Positions 17,802-27,815 are shown, counted from the stretch's first letter. The stretch: DNA of 58,605 bases from an uncultured Pirellulales bacterium (GCA_964597535.1 CAZQYB010000001.1:1-58605), one strand, 5' to 3'. Notes: generated from the letters alone by a model not told the origin. A program made the numbers and translations.

Positions 17802-20800
17802 ATGTGTAGGAAATTAACAGTCTTGATTTTTGTCGTCTTTATGCTGGGGCTGGTTAGCAATGCTCCAGCGGCTGAGTACCCTGGGAAGTATATGGAATTG
17901 AAAGTGGACTTCGGTTACTCGGATGACCCATCTACTTGGAAACCAGGCTGGCTTCCGTGGGCTTCATGGAACGACGAGGACAGGCATGACGCGAAACTGT
18001 TCGCCAATATTGGCGGTTCGACCATTGATGCGTGCATCAGTGTCGGTCACGAAGGAGACCTGGCCCTGGGGCAGGACTTAGAAGATAATGTTGAGGATGA
18101 GCCTATGTGCAATAGCTTTATGCACTATTATAGGACCCCCATTTGGTACTATGAAGACGGGAAAGCCCCGGGTCATTCCGGTGGCGATATTCTCCTGTTT
18201 CTGACCAGAGAAGGTGGGCTGGAGCCCGGCGAATACTGGCTCTATAGCTACCACAGGCATCCGGCTGACATGAACGACATTCAGAAGATAGAGGTCACGT
18301 GTAGTAAGGATGGACGCTGGCCCAAGGTGGCAGGTCAGTATGCCGAGTACGGGCAGGAGCCGATTGGTGAAGAGTGGCTCACAGGCGATATCAATTGCCC
18401 CAATTATCCCGGCGATCCCTGCGGCGGTGTTTTCCAAATCCACGACGAGGACACTTTTGACATAAACGTACCCATTGAGGGGGACCCTAACAACAATGGG
18501 GACCCTTGCCACGATGCTGACCTTACGCCATCGTTGGTGAAGTTTTACACCGATGGCAGACCCGTTCTCATCAGATATTGGGCGCCGGACGATGGGTCTT
18601 GCGCAGTGCTCAACGCTTTCCGCCTTCTCGGTCCTATACCCAGGGCTGCCTGGGGGCCTTTGCCGCGAAATGGGGCCGAAGATGTTTGCCCGGATGCTAA
18701 TCTCACCTGGCATTCAGGAGAGTACGTAGCATATGACACAGATGCGAATGGCCATGATGTGTACTTCGGCACGGATTTGCGGAATGAGTTTGTCTTGTTG
18801 GATGACGGTTTTGAAGGCGGCATTGATGCAAACTGGACGGCATCCAACTGGTCGCAATACGACGCAAATGGTGATGGGAACTCCCACTCCGGCAGATACT
18901 CGGCCACTCCGGGAAGCGGTGCCGGAACTTTGACCTCTATAGCTTTAGATGCCAGTTATGCACGCTCACTTGAAATAGAATTGTGGCTTCATAAATCTGA
19001 AGAGATAGGGGCTGGAGATATTGACCTGTACTATTCTGACGGAAATAACTGGGACTTTATAGCCGACTTGAATTCTATCGGCCCAAATGATGTGTGGCTG
19101 CATTACACCGACGAGGTAACGGACAGCCAGTATATGGTAAGCACTTTCAAGCTGGAGCTGCGGAGCGACATAAGCAGTGGCGAGGTATTTGTTGACGATG
19201 TTTTGGTGGTCAACACGTGGCCGGTCGGCGACCAGTGGTTCATAGACAATCGAGACCCATGTAACTACGACCCACCCGGTCTTATGGATTTTAACACCAC
19301 TTACTACTGGCGGATTGACGAGGTCAATAATGCTAATCCCAACAGTCCGTGGAGAGGCGGCACCTGGAGCTTTACGACCGAAGACGGAAAAGCTTCTGAG
19401 CCCAGTCCGGCTGACGGCGCCTGGAGTGTGCCGACGACGGACGCGAGCCTTAGCTGGACTGCGTCCTGCCTGGCAATCAAGCACGATGTCTACTTCAGCA
19501 CGAATTTCGCTGATGTCAACACGGGCAGCGACCCCAACTCCGGGGCCGGCCAGGGCCGTCAGACAGAGACCATGTTTGACGACCTACCGATTCTGGAGCC
19601 ATTCACGCGCTATTACTGGCGTGTCGATGAGAAAGGTGCAACTACTTTCGTCAAGGGAGACGTCTGGACGTTCGTAACGGTCGGCGGTGTTTTGATGCAC
19701 TACAAATTCGATGGTGTTGAAGATGCTAACATTGGGGACGCCGGCGACGCAAATCTTGTCACAGACTCTACCGGCAACGTCACGTTCAGGAAGCGGGGTG
19801 ACTATACGTCTCTGACGTACGGGCTGAGTAATCCACTTATCAATCCAGGTGGAACGTCCGCCCACTTCCATCAGTGGGAGGAAGACATTCCCGACGAGGA
19901 TGACATCCAGCACCGAGTAGGCCTGCTTAGAGATGCCGAGGGGCCTGATATTCTCGACCTGGCCGGCGAGGCATACACCATCGAGATGTGGGTCAGGCAG
20001 GATTCGTTTTATTCCGAGAGTGTGGGAGATGATGACTATGCTGCGACGTTGTTCAGGAAATATAACAGGAGTTATGTCCTTGCTATAGGCGAAGACAATA
20101 TAGTTCGCTACGGGCATAGCGGCAGCATAATAACATCGGCGCCGGATGCCAACTATCCCGTAGAGATAGAGCTGGAAAGGTGGTATCACATTGCCGCAGT
20201 CTTTGATTCTACCGACCCCTGTGAGTCGCAAAGGCTCTATATTAACGGCGAACAAGTCAGCGACGGTAATACCTCGTCTCCAAATCCCCTTAATGATGAC
20301 GACTATGTCGGAATCGGGTTTACGAAACAGCCACAGCGGGTTGGCCCCGGGCTTGAACAAAACTTTTTCAACGGTCTGATTGACGAACTGCGGGTGACCG
20401 ATGTGGCTCTTAAACCGAACCAATTCCTGATACGCGGCGGCCCGGGACAGGCCTGGTTCCCCATACCCCAAGACTATTCCAGGGACATCCAGTTTAATGT
20501 GGACCTTAGCTGGAGGCCGGGAGACTATACGGTTGATGTTAATGGGCACGATGTGTACATCGGCACCGACTGGTACGAAGTCAACGAAGCCAACGCCACG
20601 GCCCACCCGAACGTGGGCTACGCCAATCTGGATGTCAACAGCTACGACATCCCGTACTATCTTAGTTTGGACCAGATCTATTATTGGCGTGTGGACCAGG
20701 TCAATGATGTCTGCGAGCCCTACCTGTGGAAAGGCGCTATCTGGCGTTTTACTGTGCCAGAATACATCATCATCGACGATATGGAGGACTACACGCTGAG

Positions 20801-22319
20801 CTATACGGATTATCCAATAAGCGATGATGAAGAGCCATATGGATGGGAGAGCTCCCTGAACGGTTCCAGTTACGGGGGGTCATACCTTAGCCTTGTGACA
20901 CCTACGAATTTTAGTTGGATACCATCTCACGGCGGCGTGCAGACAATGGCGCACGTATATTTTAACGGTGACTACTACTATTCTGAGATTGCAAACCACT
21001 TTGTCCTTGACCCGTGTGATTGGACTTACGGCGGCATAAAGATGTTATCGCTGTGGTTCTATGGCGCGGTGACGAATGACCCTGACGGTCAGACCCAGCA
21101 GATGTATGTGGGGCTGGAAGATGCCGACAGCAATTATGCAGAGGTCAGGTATGGCGACAACGAAGGTGAAGATATGGATAATGTGAAAATTGAGGAATAT
21201 CACCAGTGGAATATGCCGCTAAGTTGGTTTACCACGGCGAATCCCGACTTAGACCTGGACCGTATGAAGAAGCTTTATATCGGCTTTGGTGACAGAACCA
21301 ACACTACGGAGTATGGCAGTGAGGGTGTCGTATATTTCGACGATATCCGGCTGTATCCGCCGACGTGTATTCTTTCGAAAAGAACGTCTCAGTTCGCTGT
21401 ACTCGATTTGGACGACGATTGTATCATTAGCTTCGGCGACGTTGAGCTAATGGCAGAGGATTGGCTCAAGCACGATGTCAATCTTGGCGAAGTAAGCGAG
21501 CCCTGCGATGCCAACCTTGTCGGCTGGTGGAATTTCGATGAGGATGAGGATGATGGCGACGGGAATGTGGTTACCGATTCCAGCGACTACGGCAATGACG
21601 GGACGATAGAGACCAACGATGTTAACGTATGGTGGGTTGCCGGCCACCCTAACGATGTGAACTACGCTCTTGATTTCGACGGCGGCAGGGTCCTGGTGCC
21701 GGATGCAGCAGAGTTGAGGCCGATGCATCAGGTCAGCGTGTGCGCATGGATATACTATTCCGATGAGCAGAGCAGCGGCCGCATAGTGGTCAAAGGTGCA
21801 GATAACAAGGAAACGTACAGCCTCGAAGTCGGCAGTAACGACGAGCTGGTGTTCCTGGTGCGTGACGGCAATGACCCTAATGCCGAAGACTATCCAAAGT
21901 ACGATGCAGAAAGCGGCGAAGATGCTCTCGACCGTGATGGATGGGTTCACGTAGCCGGTACGTACGACGGCAATACGGTAAAGTGCTACATAAATGGTGA
22001 ACTTGCTGCCGAGAGCAACGACCCAAATACAAGTGCGATACCCCTCCTCTCCCAGGACACTAATGATTTGGCGATAGGCAACCAGTCGGATGCTATGGAC
22101 AAGCCGTTTAAAGGTATCATAGACGACGTTCGCGTTTACAACTATGGTCTGTCAGCGGCGGAGGTCGCGTACATTGCCAGCGGTCCCACCGGAATATTCC
22201 TGATGGACTCGTTCGCCAATCTGTCCGACGAGGAGGAAAAGGGTCACAGAGCGGTCAACTTGAGGGACTTTGCTAAACTCTCGGATGCCTGGCTTGAAGA
22301 GGAGTTGTATCCTGAGTAA
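17802..22319 (+). CDS. giant secreted multidomain protein (about 1505 aa): three HDVYFGT/YYWRxDEV modules, two LamG domains, jelly-roll-like domains, dockerin/EF-hand-like segments
   Basis: The ATG at 17802 is preceded by AAAGGAGGA; the track start at 17784 is a TTG inside the SD region. The signal peptide is MCRKLTVLIFVVFMLGLVSNAPA. LamG ends are LIDELRVTDVAL and IIDDVRVYNYGLSAAEV. The Ca-loop-like segment is DLDDDCIISFGDVELMAEDWL. Confidence 0.85.
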   Translation: MCRKLTVLIFVVFMLGLVSNAPAAEYPGKYMELKVDFGYSDDPSTWKPGWLPWASWNDEDRHDAKLFANIGGSTIDACISVGHEGDLALGQDLEDNVEDEPMCNSFMHYYRTPIWYYEDGKAPGHSGGDILLFLTREGGLEPGEYWLYSYHRHPADMNDIQKIEVTCSKDGRWPKVAGQYAEYGQEPIGEEWLTGDINCPNYPGDPCGGVFQIHDEDTFDINVPIEGDPNNNGDPCHDADLTPSLVKFYTDGRPVLIRYWAPDDGSCAVLNAFRLLGPIPRAAWGPLPRNGAEDVCPDANLTWHSGEYVAYDTDANGHDVYFGTDLRNEFVLLDDGFEGGIDANWTASNWSQYDANGDGNSHSGRYSATPGSGAGTLTSIALDASYARSLEIELWLHKSEEIGAGDIDLYYSDGNNWDFIADLNSIGPNDVWLHYTDEVTDSQYMVSTFKLELRSDISSGEVFVDDVLVVNTWPVGDQWFIDNRDPCNYDPPGLMDFNTTYYWRIDEVNNANPNSPWRGGTWSFTTEDGKASEPSPADGAWSVPTTDASLSWTASCLAIKHDVYFSTNFADVNTGSDPNSGAGQGRQTETMFDDLPILEPFTRYYWRVDEKGATTFVKGDVWTFVTVGGVLMHYKFDGVEDANIGDAGDANLVTDSTGNVTFRKRGDYTSLTYGLSNPLINPGGTSAHFHQWEEDIPDEDDIQHRVGLLRDAEGPDILDLAGEAYTIEMWVRQDSFYSESVGDDDYAATLFRKYNRSYVLAIGEDNIVRYGHSGSIITSAPDANYPVEIELERWYHIAAVFDSTDPCESQRLYINGEQVSDGNTSSPNPLNDDDYVGIGFTKQPQRVGPGLEQNFFNGLIDELRVTDVALKPNQFLIRGGPGQAWFPIPQDYSRDIQFNVDLSWRPGDYTVDVNGHDVYIGTDWYEVNEANATAHPNVGYANLDVNSYDIPYYLSLDQIYYWRVDQVNDVCEPYLWKGAIWRFTVPEYIIIDDMEDYTLSYTDYPISDDEEPYGWESSLNGSSYGGSYLSLVTPTNFSWIPSHGGVQTMAHVYFNGDYYYSEIANHFVLDPCDWTYGGIKMLSLWFYGAVTNDPDGQTQQMYVGLEDADSNYAEVRYGDNEGEDMDNVKIEEYHQWNMPLSWFTTANPDLDLDRMKKLYIGFGDRTNTTEYGSEGVVYFDDIRLYPPTCILSKRTSQFAVLDLDDDCIISFGDVELMAEDWLKHDVNLGEVSEPCDANLVGWWNFDEDEDDGDGNVVTDSSDYGNDGTIETNDVNVWWVAGHPNDVNYALDFDGGRVLVPDAAELRPMHQVSVCAWIYYSDEQSSGRIVVKGADNKETYSLEVGSNDELVFLVRDGNDPNAEDYPKYDAESGEDALDRDGWVHVAGTYDGNTVKCYINGELAAESNDPNTSAIPLLSQDTNDLAIGNQSDAMDKPFKGIIDDVRVYNYGLSAAEVAYIASGPTGIFLMDSFANLSDEEEKGHRAVNLRDFAKLSDAWLEEELYPE

Positions 22320-22346
22320 TCAGGTTGTTGTAACTTCGAAGAAGTT

Positions 22347-22386
22347 CGGGGTCTATACCGATTCGGTATGGGCCCCGCTTTTTTTT
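22347..22386 (+). terminator. intrinsic terminator of giant gene 1
   Basis: The hairpin CGGGGTCTATACCG-ATTC-GGTATGGGCCCCG is followed by a T-run. Confidence 0.8.
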
Positions 22387-22522
22387 ACATTATTTCGTGC
22401 GTGACGGGTATTGCGGCTGGAGCGCTCAAAAATCATAATTGGGGCAAAGATATCGCTTGCGGGCTACAACTTGCGTTTTTGAATTGATTATAGTACTTTG
22501 GGAGCAGGGTATAATAGTTACA

Positions 22523-23000
22523 CCGGATTTCTTTTGGGAAAGCAAGCTTTTCCGGGACAATGTGGAGAATGGGGTGCATGTTATGCTTGACAGGACACTA
22601 CAGGTTGCCTATTTTAAACGCTGGGAAAATTTATCGCACCCCGTCCGATAATTTAGTGTTTTCTTCTTGACGAGGGGGCAGCTAATTTGGTATAAGGGTA
22701 TAAGTAAGACTGGTTAAGGATACCGATTCTTAGGTGCCAGTTTGTGCAGTTTTTGCCGTTTATGGGCGAAAATTGAGTAAAAAGGTACAGACTTTAGTGA
22801 GACCCTTGTGGCTCGGAAGTGGGAGTTTTGTGCCTCGGAGTAGGTTTTTTTCTGAATTTTCTTACACACCCGGGCTTGTTGCCTAAACTTGAGTGGGATG
22901 ACAGGCGTCAAATATGTGGATGCCTGTTGAAAATAACGGATGTTTTGGCGTTTAGCCGAAAAACGTAGTCATAGTTTAATTTTTGAAAAGGAGGAATGTT
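22523..23000 (+). repeat. leader repeat, copy 2, upstream of giant LamG gene 2
   Basis: See copy 1. The offset is +5226 for the 315-nt identical block. This copy lacks the 28-nt segment present at about 17678..17705. Confidence 0.95.
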
Positions 23001-26000
23001 ATGTGTAGAAAACTAATTCTGCTGGTTTGTGTTGTTGCAGTCCTGGGTACGGTGGACTTTGCCTACGGTCATACTCGCTGGAATGGCACCGACAGCAATG
23101 ATTTTTGCGACCCGTGTAACTGGAACAATCCTGTATTCAAGGGGGACGAGCTGGCAATGGTTATCGATAAGAGCCCCTGGCGTGACCCTAACAGTGGCGA
23201 TTACACTCCTAACGCTCCCTATTTGTTCCGTTACGCAGACCCCAACGTTTTTTTACCAGGAGATTTTCTGAGAGGGCCGGGATACGATGCAGGCACCCGC
23301 GCTGATTGGTTTATTCGCCCTGGGGGATGGTTCCATTGCGCCAGTGCGTGGCGGATGTGCTACAATGCGAACACGACGGGCTACACGGAGATGACGGGGG
23401 GAACACTTATTTTCGATGGGGTGATTCGGTGCCCACACCACGCGGACGCGAACGCAGCAATAGTGCTTCTCCACGGCGGGACTATTACAGCCCCCAGTAT
23501 CAGCTTCGGACCACAAGGCCTATTTGACTTTGCCGGCGATGGTACGCTTATCCTTGACAGCTATCCTGGTATAATCGCTGATGTCGAAGGTTGGGTAGCT
23601 GCCGAGAATATAACCGCCTATGACGGTGCGGGCACGGTGGTCTATGACTGCAATGTGACGAATCCCGGCAAGACCACGATAACCAGTGAGTTTGGTCACG
23701 CGGCCGCCTGGAACCCAAGCCCTGAATACCTGGCTGAAGATGTGTGTCCGGATGTGAACCTTGGCTGGACGGAAGGAGATAGCGCCGATACGCATACTAT
23801 CTACTTCGGCCCAAGCCCGAATGACGTAAATGTAAGCACCGCTGACCCCTGCGAAGAAGGCTACGACAGCAACAGTTGGAAGCCGCCCGCCCTTGAATTG
23901 GGCAAAACTTACTATTGGCGGATTGTTGAGGTCAACGACGGCAACGAGTGGGTCGGGTCGGTGTGGCAATTTACGGTTGAGACCGGAAAAGCTCGCGACC
24001 CGAGCCCGGGCGACGATATGAAAGGTGTACCTGTAGATGCGAACCTAAGCTGGACGGCATCGTGCCTTGCAGATTCGCACGATATGTACTTCGGCGCCAG
24101 TTGGGCTGATGTAAATAGCGGCGGCGGCGACACGTCTAAAGGCGGTCAGAGCTCACCCTACGACCCGGGCCCGCTTGACGCAGGCACCTGGTACTATTGG
24201 CGGGTGGATGAGGTTGGCGATACGACAATCAAAGGCGACGTCTGGAGCTTCAAGACCCAGGTGGGGGTCTTGCTTTACTACTCGTTTGACGGCAGCGAAG
24301 GTACAGACCTGCCGAGCGAGATTACGTACGCTCCCACAAACATCACGTTTACAAAGTATATTGACCCGAACTATCCTGACCCCTGTGGTATTGAGGACCC
24401 TAACGGTTCGGTGAAGTATAGCGAGCCAAATCCGCTTATCTATACGGATAAGACGTCCGCTGATTTCGAGCCTTTTGCGGGTCTGTATCGACTTGATACC
24501 GGCGACGGCGATATTCTGCGCCTGGACTACCCGCAATACACCATCGAGATGTGGATTTACGTCAACAGCGGCGATTACGATAGCAAGAATATGATGGTGA
24601 TTGGCAAGGGTGAGGGTATGAGCGATGACAGAGAACCCTGGTCGCTTATGCTAAGTGACCTTGGTTCTGACGACGACCTCCGCTGGTACCATAACGGCGA
24701 CAGGACAGAGAATGACGTTATGGATGATAACCTGGATGAATGGATTCACGTTGCCGCAGTTTTTGACCAGAGTCTCCCCACGGCCAACCGGAAGTTGTAT
24801 CTTAACGGTGAAGTAATTGCGGATGATACTGACCACGACACCAATCCTGCTGATAATAATGACCCTGTCGGGATTGGCTGTCAGAGGGATGCCGACGGTA
24901 CATTTGATGATGGTATGTTCTTCGACGGTAGAATTGACGAGCTTCGGATTTTGGATGTGGCGCTTCAGCCAATCCAGTTCCTGTATCCGCGGGCTGCTGA
25001 CCCCAGTCCGGAGGACGGCGAGGGAGACATCGACCCGAACGACCCGAATGACCCGAATGTAGTCCTTAGCTGGACACCATGGGCGGGCGCAAATCAGCAC
25101 GATGTGTACTTCGGCACCAATTACGTGAACGTAAGGGACGGCAATAATCCCAACGTGTACATTGGCCGAGTGGATTCTAACAGCTATATTATCAGCGACG
25201 TGTGTGACCTTGAATACGCTACGACCTATTATTGGCGTATTGACGAGGTCAACGGCAGTGACGCTTATACGGGCGTTGTCTGGCAATTTTTAACCAAGTA
25301 TCAAATCGTTGACCCGAATCTTCTGCTTTGGTACCCGTACGATGAGATGGAAGGCGACTGGGTTTATGACCATTCCGGCCACGGTCTTCACGGCCAGAAC
25401 GGCGACGTCAGCGACGGCTGGGACCCTGATGGGCGGTTCGATGGCTGCCTGGAATTTGATGATAACATGGGTTTTGACCTTGAGAAGCGAACGCTTAGCA
25501 ACATTAACAAGGAAATAACCATAGCCGTTTGGCTGGATGGCTACCGAGAGGAGGATGACAACTGGGTTATTAACGCGGGCGCCGATGGCAACTTCGTAGA
25601 GGTAATAGTTCCTGACCCGGAGGACGACTACGTGTACTGGCGTGCAGGCAACGACTCCAATGACCTGCTGATATGGAATGATGCCACTCCGAGCGACTGG
25701 GTAGGTGACTGGCACCACTTTGCGTTTGTCAAGAATGAGAATGCAGGTACGATGAGCATATACTTCGACGGCGAGGTGGCGAAGTCAAAGTCCGGCACTA
25801 TCAGTTCGCTCTCCAATATCGCGAATACGGATTTCAGTGTCGGCGCGAAGTTAGGTAACTCCGCAGACTACGTAGGTAAGATGGATGACTTGAGGGTGTA
25901 TGACTATGCCCTGTCAAAGAAAGAGATAGCGGGGCTGTTCAGGGGGGGCGACATCGAGCTTGCCTGGGGTCCGAGCCCCTATGATGGCCAGCCGGACGCC

Positions 26001-27788
26001 CGCATGAATGCAGACCTTAGCTGGAAACCGGGAGACTATGCGGATTTGCACGATGTGTACTTCGGCACCGATTTCGACGAGGTCAGCGATGCCAACACTT
26101 CGAACATCGCCGGCTATCCCGACGTCAACTACGCCAGGGTCGATGTAAATAGCTATGACCTCGATACCCTTGATTTAGGCGAGACCTACTACTGGCGTGT
26201 CGATGAGTTTAATGACCCATGCACCTGGAGAGGCAAGGTCTGGCGATTTAAGGTCGCTGAGTTTATTGTTATTGACAATATGGAAGATTACACGGTCATC
26301 GGCGGTGACTACCCAATAGCCGGTTTTGCAGAACCCCGTGGCTGGGATTGTGGGTATAATAACGACACCAGCTCAGCGCTTGGCCTTGTTTACCCCGGCT
26401 CTATATACACCGTAGCGGCACACCGGAGCGACCAGGCGATGAACTATTATTACGGCAACGATGATAATAGCGGCCTGGGCTATTATTCCGAGATTTCAAA
26501 CCATTTCACTATGGACCCGAATGACTGGACTTCCGCCGGCGTCAAGATGCTAACATTATGGTTCTATGGAACCGCTGGTAATGATGCTAATGAACAGGTG
26601 TACGTGGGCCTGGAAGACATCAGTGGCATCGGCAGTTATTCACAGGTTGACTACGGTGACGAAGGCGAAGATATGAATGATATAAAGCTTGCGGAGTGGC
26701 AGGAGTGGAATATCCCGCTAAATAAATTCACCACCGCCAATCCCGGCTTAGACCTGACCTGTATAAAGAAGCTGTATATCGGCTTTGGCGAAAGAGGTGC
26801 TTCGGAGGCCGGCGGGATAGGCTACATGTATTTCGATGATATCCGGCTGTATCAGCCCACTTGCGTTCCCTCGATGAGAAAACCTGACTACGACTTGAAC
26901 GACGACTGCATTGTTGACTTCGGGGACATTCAGGTAATGGCAGAGGACTGGCTCAAGAGCGATGTCAATCTTGGCGAAGTAACAAAACCATCAGACGCTA
27001 ATCTCGTCGGCTGGTGGATGCTCGATGAGGGCAGCGGTGGTATCACTTACGATTCCAGCGGCAACGACAATGACGGTGTGATAGAGACGATAGAGACCAA
27101 CGTGGAGTGGGTTACCGGGCACAACGACGTGAACTACGCTCTGGACTTTGCCGGCGGCAGGGTCCTGGTGTCGGATGACGGGGACACACCAGAGCTGAAC
27201 TCGATGAGCCAGTTGACCGTATCCGCGTGGGTCAATTACTCCCAAACACAAGAGCAGAGTTCCCGCATAGTTGTCAAAGGTGCAGACAACGCGGAAAAAT
27301 TCAGTTTCGAGATTAATAATGATGACGAGTTCGTGTTCCTTATACGTGACGCTAATAAGCCCAAAGACCACAAGTATGATGTGAACGGCATTGATAAGCT
27401 CGAGCACGATGAATGGATTCATTTAGCCGGGACGTACGACGGCAACAATGTACTGAGCTGCTATGTGAACGGCGAACTCAGGGATCGCGCCGAGGACGTA
27501 AATCTTATAGAAGGTCTTTGCCGAGACCCCAACTATGGTCTGGCAATAGGTAACCGGTCGGACGCCACGAGCCGTGCTTTTACAGGTACCATAGACGACG
27601 TTCGTGTTTACAACTCTGCACTGTCTCCGGAGGAAATTGCATACATTACGACGGACAGCACGGGCATCATGGCACTGGAATCGGTTGCCGATATCTACAA
27701 GGAGGCGCGCGGAAAAGGAGTAATCAACCTCAAAGACTTTGCGGTGTTGGCGGACACCTGGCTCGAAGAGAAGCTGTATCCTGAGTAA
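23001..27788 (+). CDS. giant secreted multidomain protein (about 1595 aa), paralogue of 17802..22319 with a different N-terminal third
   Basis: It has the same SD and ATG context. The signal peptide is MCRKLILLVCVVAVLGTVDFAYG. There are four HD[VM]YFG/YYWR[IV][VD]E modules and three LamG-like blocks ending RIDELRILDVAL, KMDDLRVYDYALSKKEI and TIDDVRVYNSALSPEEI. The Ca-loop-like segment is DLNDDCIVDFGDIQVMAEDWL. The C-terminal ~600 aa are colinear with gene 1. Confidence 0.85.
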   Translation: MCRKLILLVCVVAVLGTVDFAYGHTRWNGTDSNDFCDPCNWNNPVFKGDELAMVIDKSPWRDPNSGDYTPNAPYLFRYADPNVFLPGDFLRGPGYDAGTRADWFIRPGGWFHCASAWRMCYNANTTGYTEMTGGTLIFDGVIRCPHHADANAAIVLLHGGTITAPSISFGPQGLFDFAGDGTLILDSYPGIIADVEGWVAAENITAYDGAGTVVYDCNVTNPGKTTITSEFGHAAAWNPSPEYLAEDVCPDVNLGWTEGDSADTHTIYFGPSPNDVNVSTADPCEEGYDSNSWKPPALELGKTYYWRIVEVNDGNEWVGSVWQFTVETGKARDPSPGDDMKGVPVDANLSWTASCLADSHDMYFGASWADVNSGGGDTSKGGQSSPYDPGPLDAGTWYYWRVDEVGDTTIKGDVWSFKTQVGVLLYYSFDGSEGTDLPSEITYAPTNITFTKYIDPNYPDPCGIEDPNGSVKYSEPNPLIYTDKTSADFEPFAGLYRLDTGDGDILRLDYPQYTIEMWIYVNSGDYDSKNMMVIGKGEGMSDDREPWSLMLSDLGSDDDLRWYHNGDRTENDVMDDNLDEWIHVAAVFDQSLPTANRKLYLNGEVIADDTDHDTNPADNNDPVGIGCQRDADGTFDDGMFFDGRIDELRILDVALQPIQFLYPRAADPSPEDGEGDIDPNDPNDPNVVLSWTPWAGANQHDVYFGTNYVNVRDGNNPNVYIGRVDSNSYIISDVCDLEYATTYYWRIDEVNGSDAYTGVVWQFLTKYQIVDPNLLLWYPYDEMEGDWVYDHSGHGLHGQNGDVSDGWDPDGRFDGCLEFDDNMGFDLEKRTLSNINKEITIAVWLDGYREEDDNWVINAGADGNFVEVIVPDPEDDYVYWRAGNDSNDLLIWNDATPSDWVGDWHHFAFVKNENAGTMSIYFDGEVAKSKSGTISSLSNIANTDFSVGAKLGNSADYVGKMDDLRVYDYALSKKEIAGLFRGGDIELAWGPSPYDGQPDARMNADLSWKPGDYADLHDVYFGTDFDEVSDANTSNIAGYPDVNYARVDVNSYDLDTLDLGETYYWRVDEFNDPCTWRGKVWRFKVAEFIVIDNMEDYTVIGGDYPIAGFAEPRGWDCGYNNDTSSALGLVYPGSIYTVAAHRSDQAMNYYYGNDDNSGLGYYSEISNHFTMDPNDWTSAGVKMLTLWFYGTAGNDANEQVYVGLEDISGIGSYSQVDYGDEGEDMNDIKLAEWQEWNIPLNKFTTANPGLDLTCIKKLYIGFGERGASEAGGIGYMYFDDIRLYQPTCVPSMRKPDYDLNDDCIVDFGDIQVMAEDWLKSDVNLGEVTKPSDANLVGWWMLDEGSGGITYDSSGNDNDGVIETIETNVEWVTGHNDVNYALDFAGGRVLVSDDGDTPELNSMSQLTVSAWVNYSQTQEQSSRIVVKGADNAEKFSFEINNDDEFVFLIRDANKPKDHKYDVNGIDKLEHDEWIHLAGTYDGNNVLSCYVNGELRDRAEDVNLIEGLCRDPNYGLAIGNRSDATSRAFTGTIDDVRVYNSALSPEEIAYITTDSTGIMALESVADIYKEARGKGVINLKDFAVLADTWLEEKLYPE

Positions 27789-27815
27789 TCAGGTTGTTGT
27801 AACTTCGAAGAAGTT

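Noticed and set aside
18078-25286. Several 200-340-aa minus-strand or alternate-frame ORFs inside the giant LamG genes (for example 18078..18713, 19584..20606, 24651..25286)
   Set aside because: They lie inside long ORFs that have clear domain repeats and signal peptides. These are shadow ORFs, as expected in genes of this size and composition.
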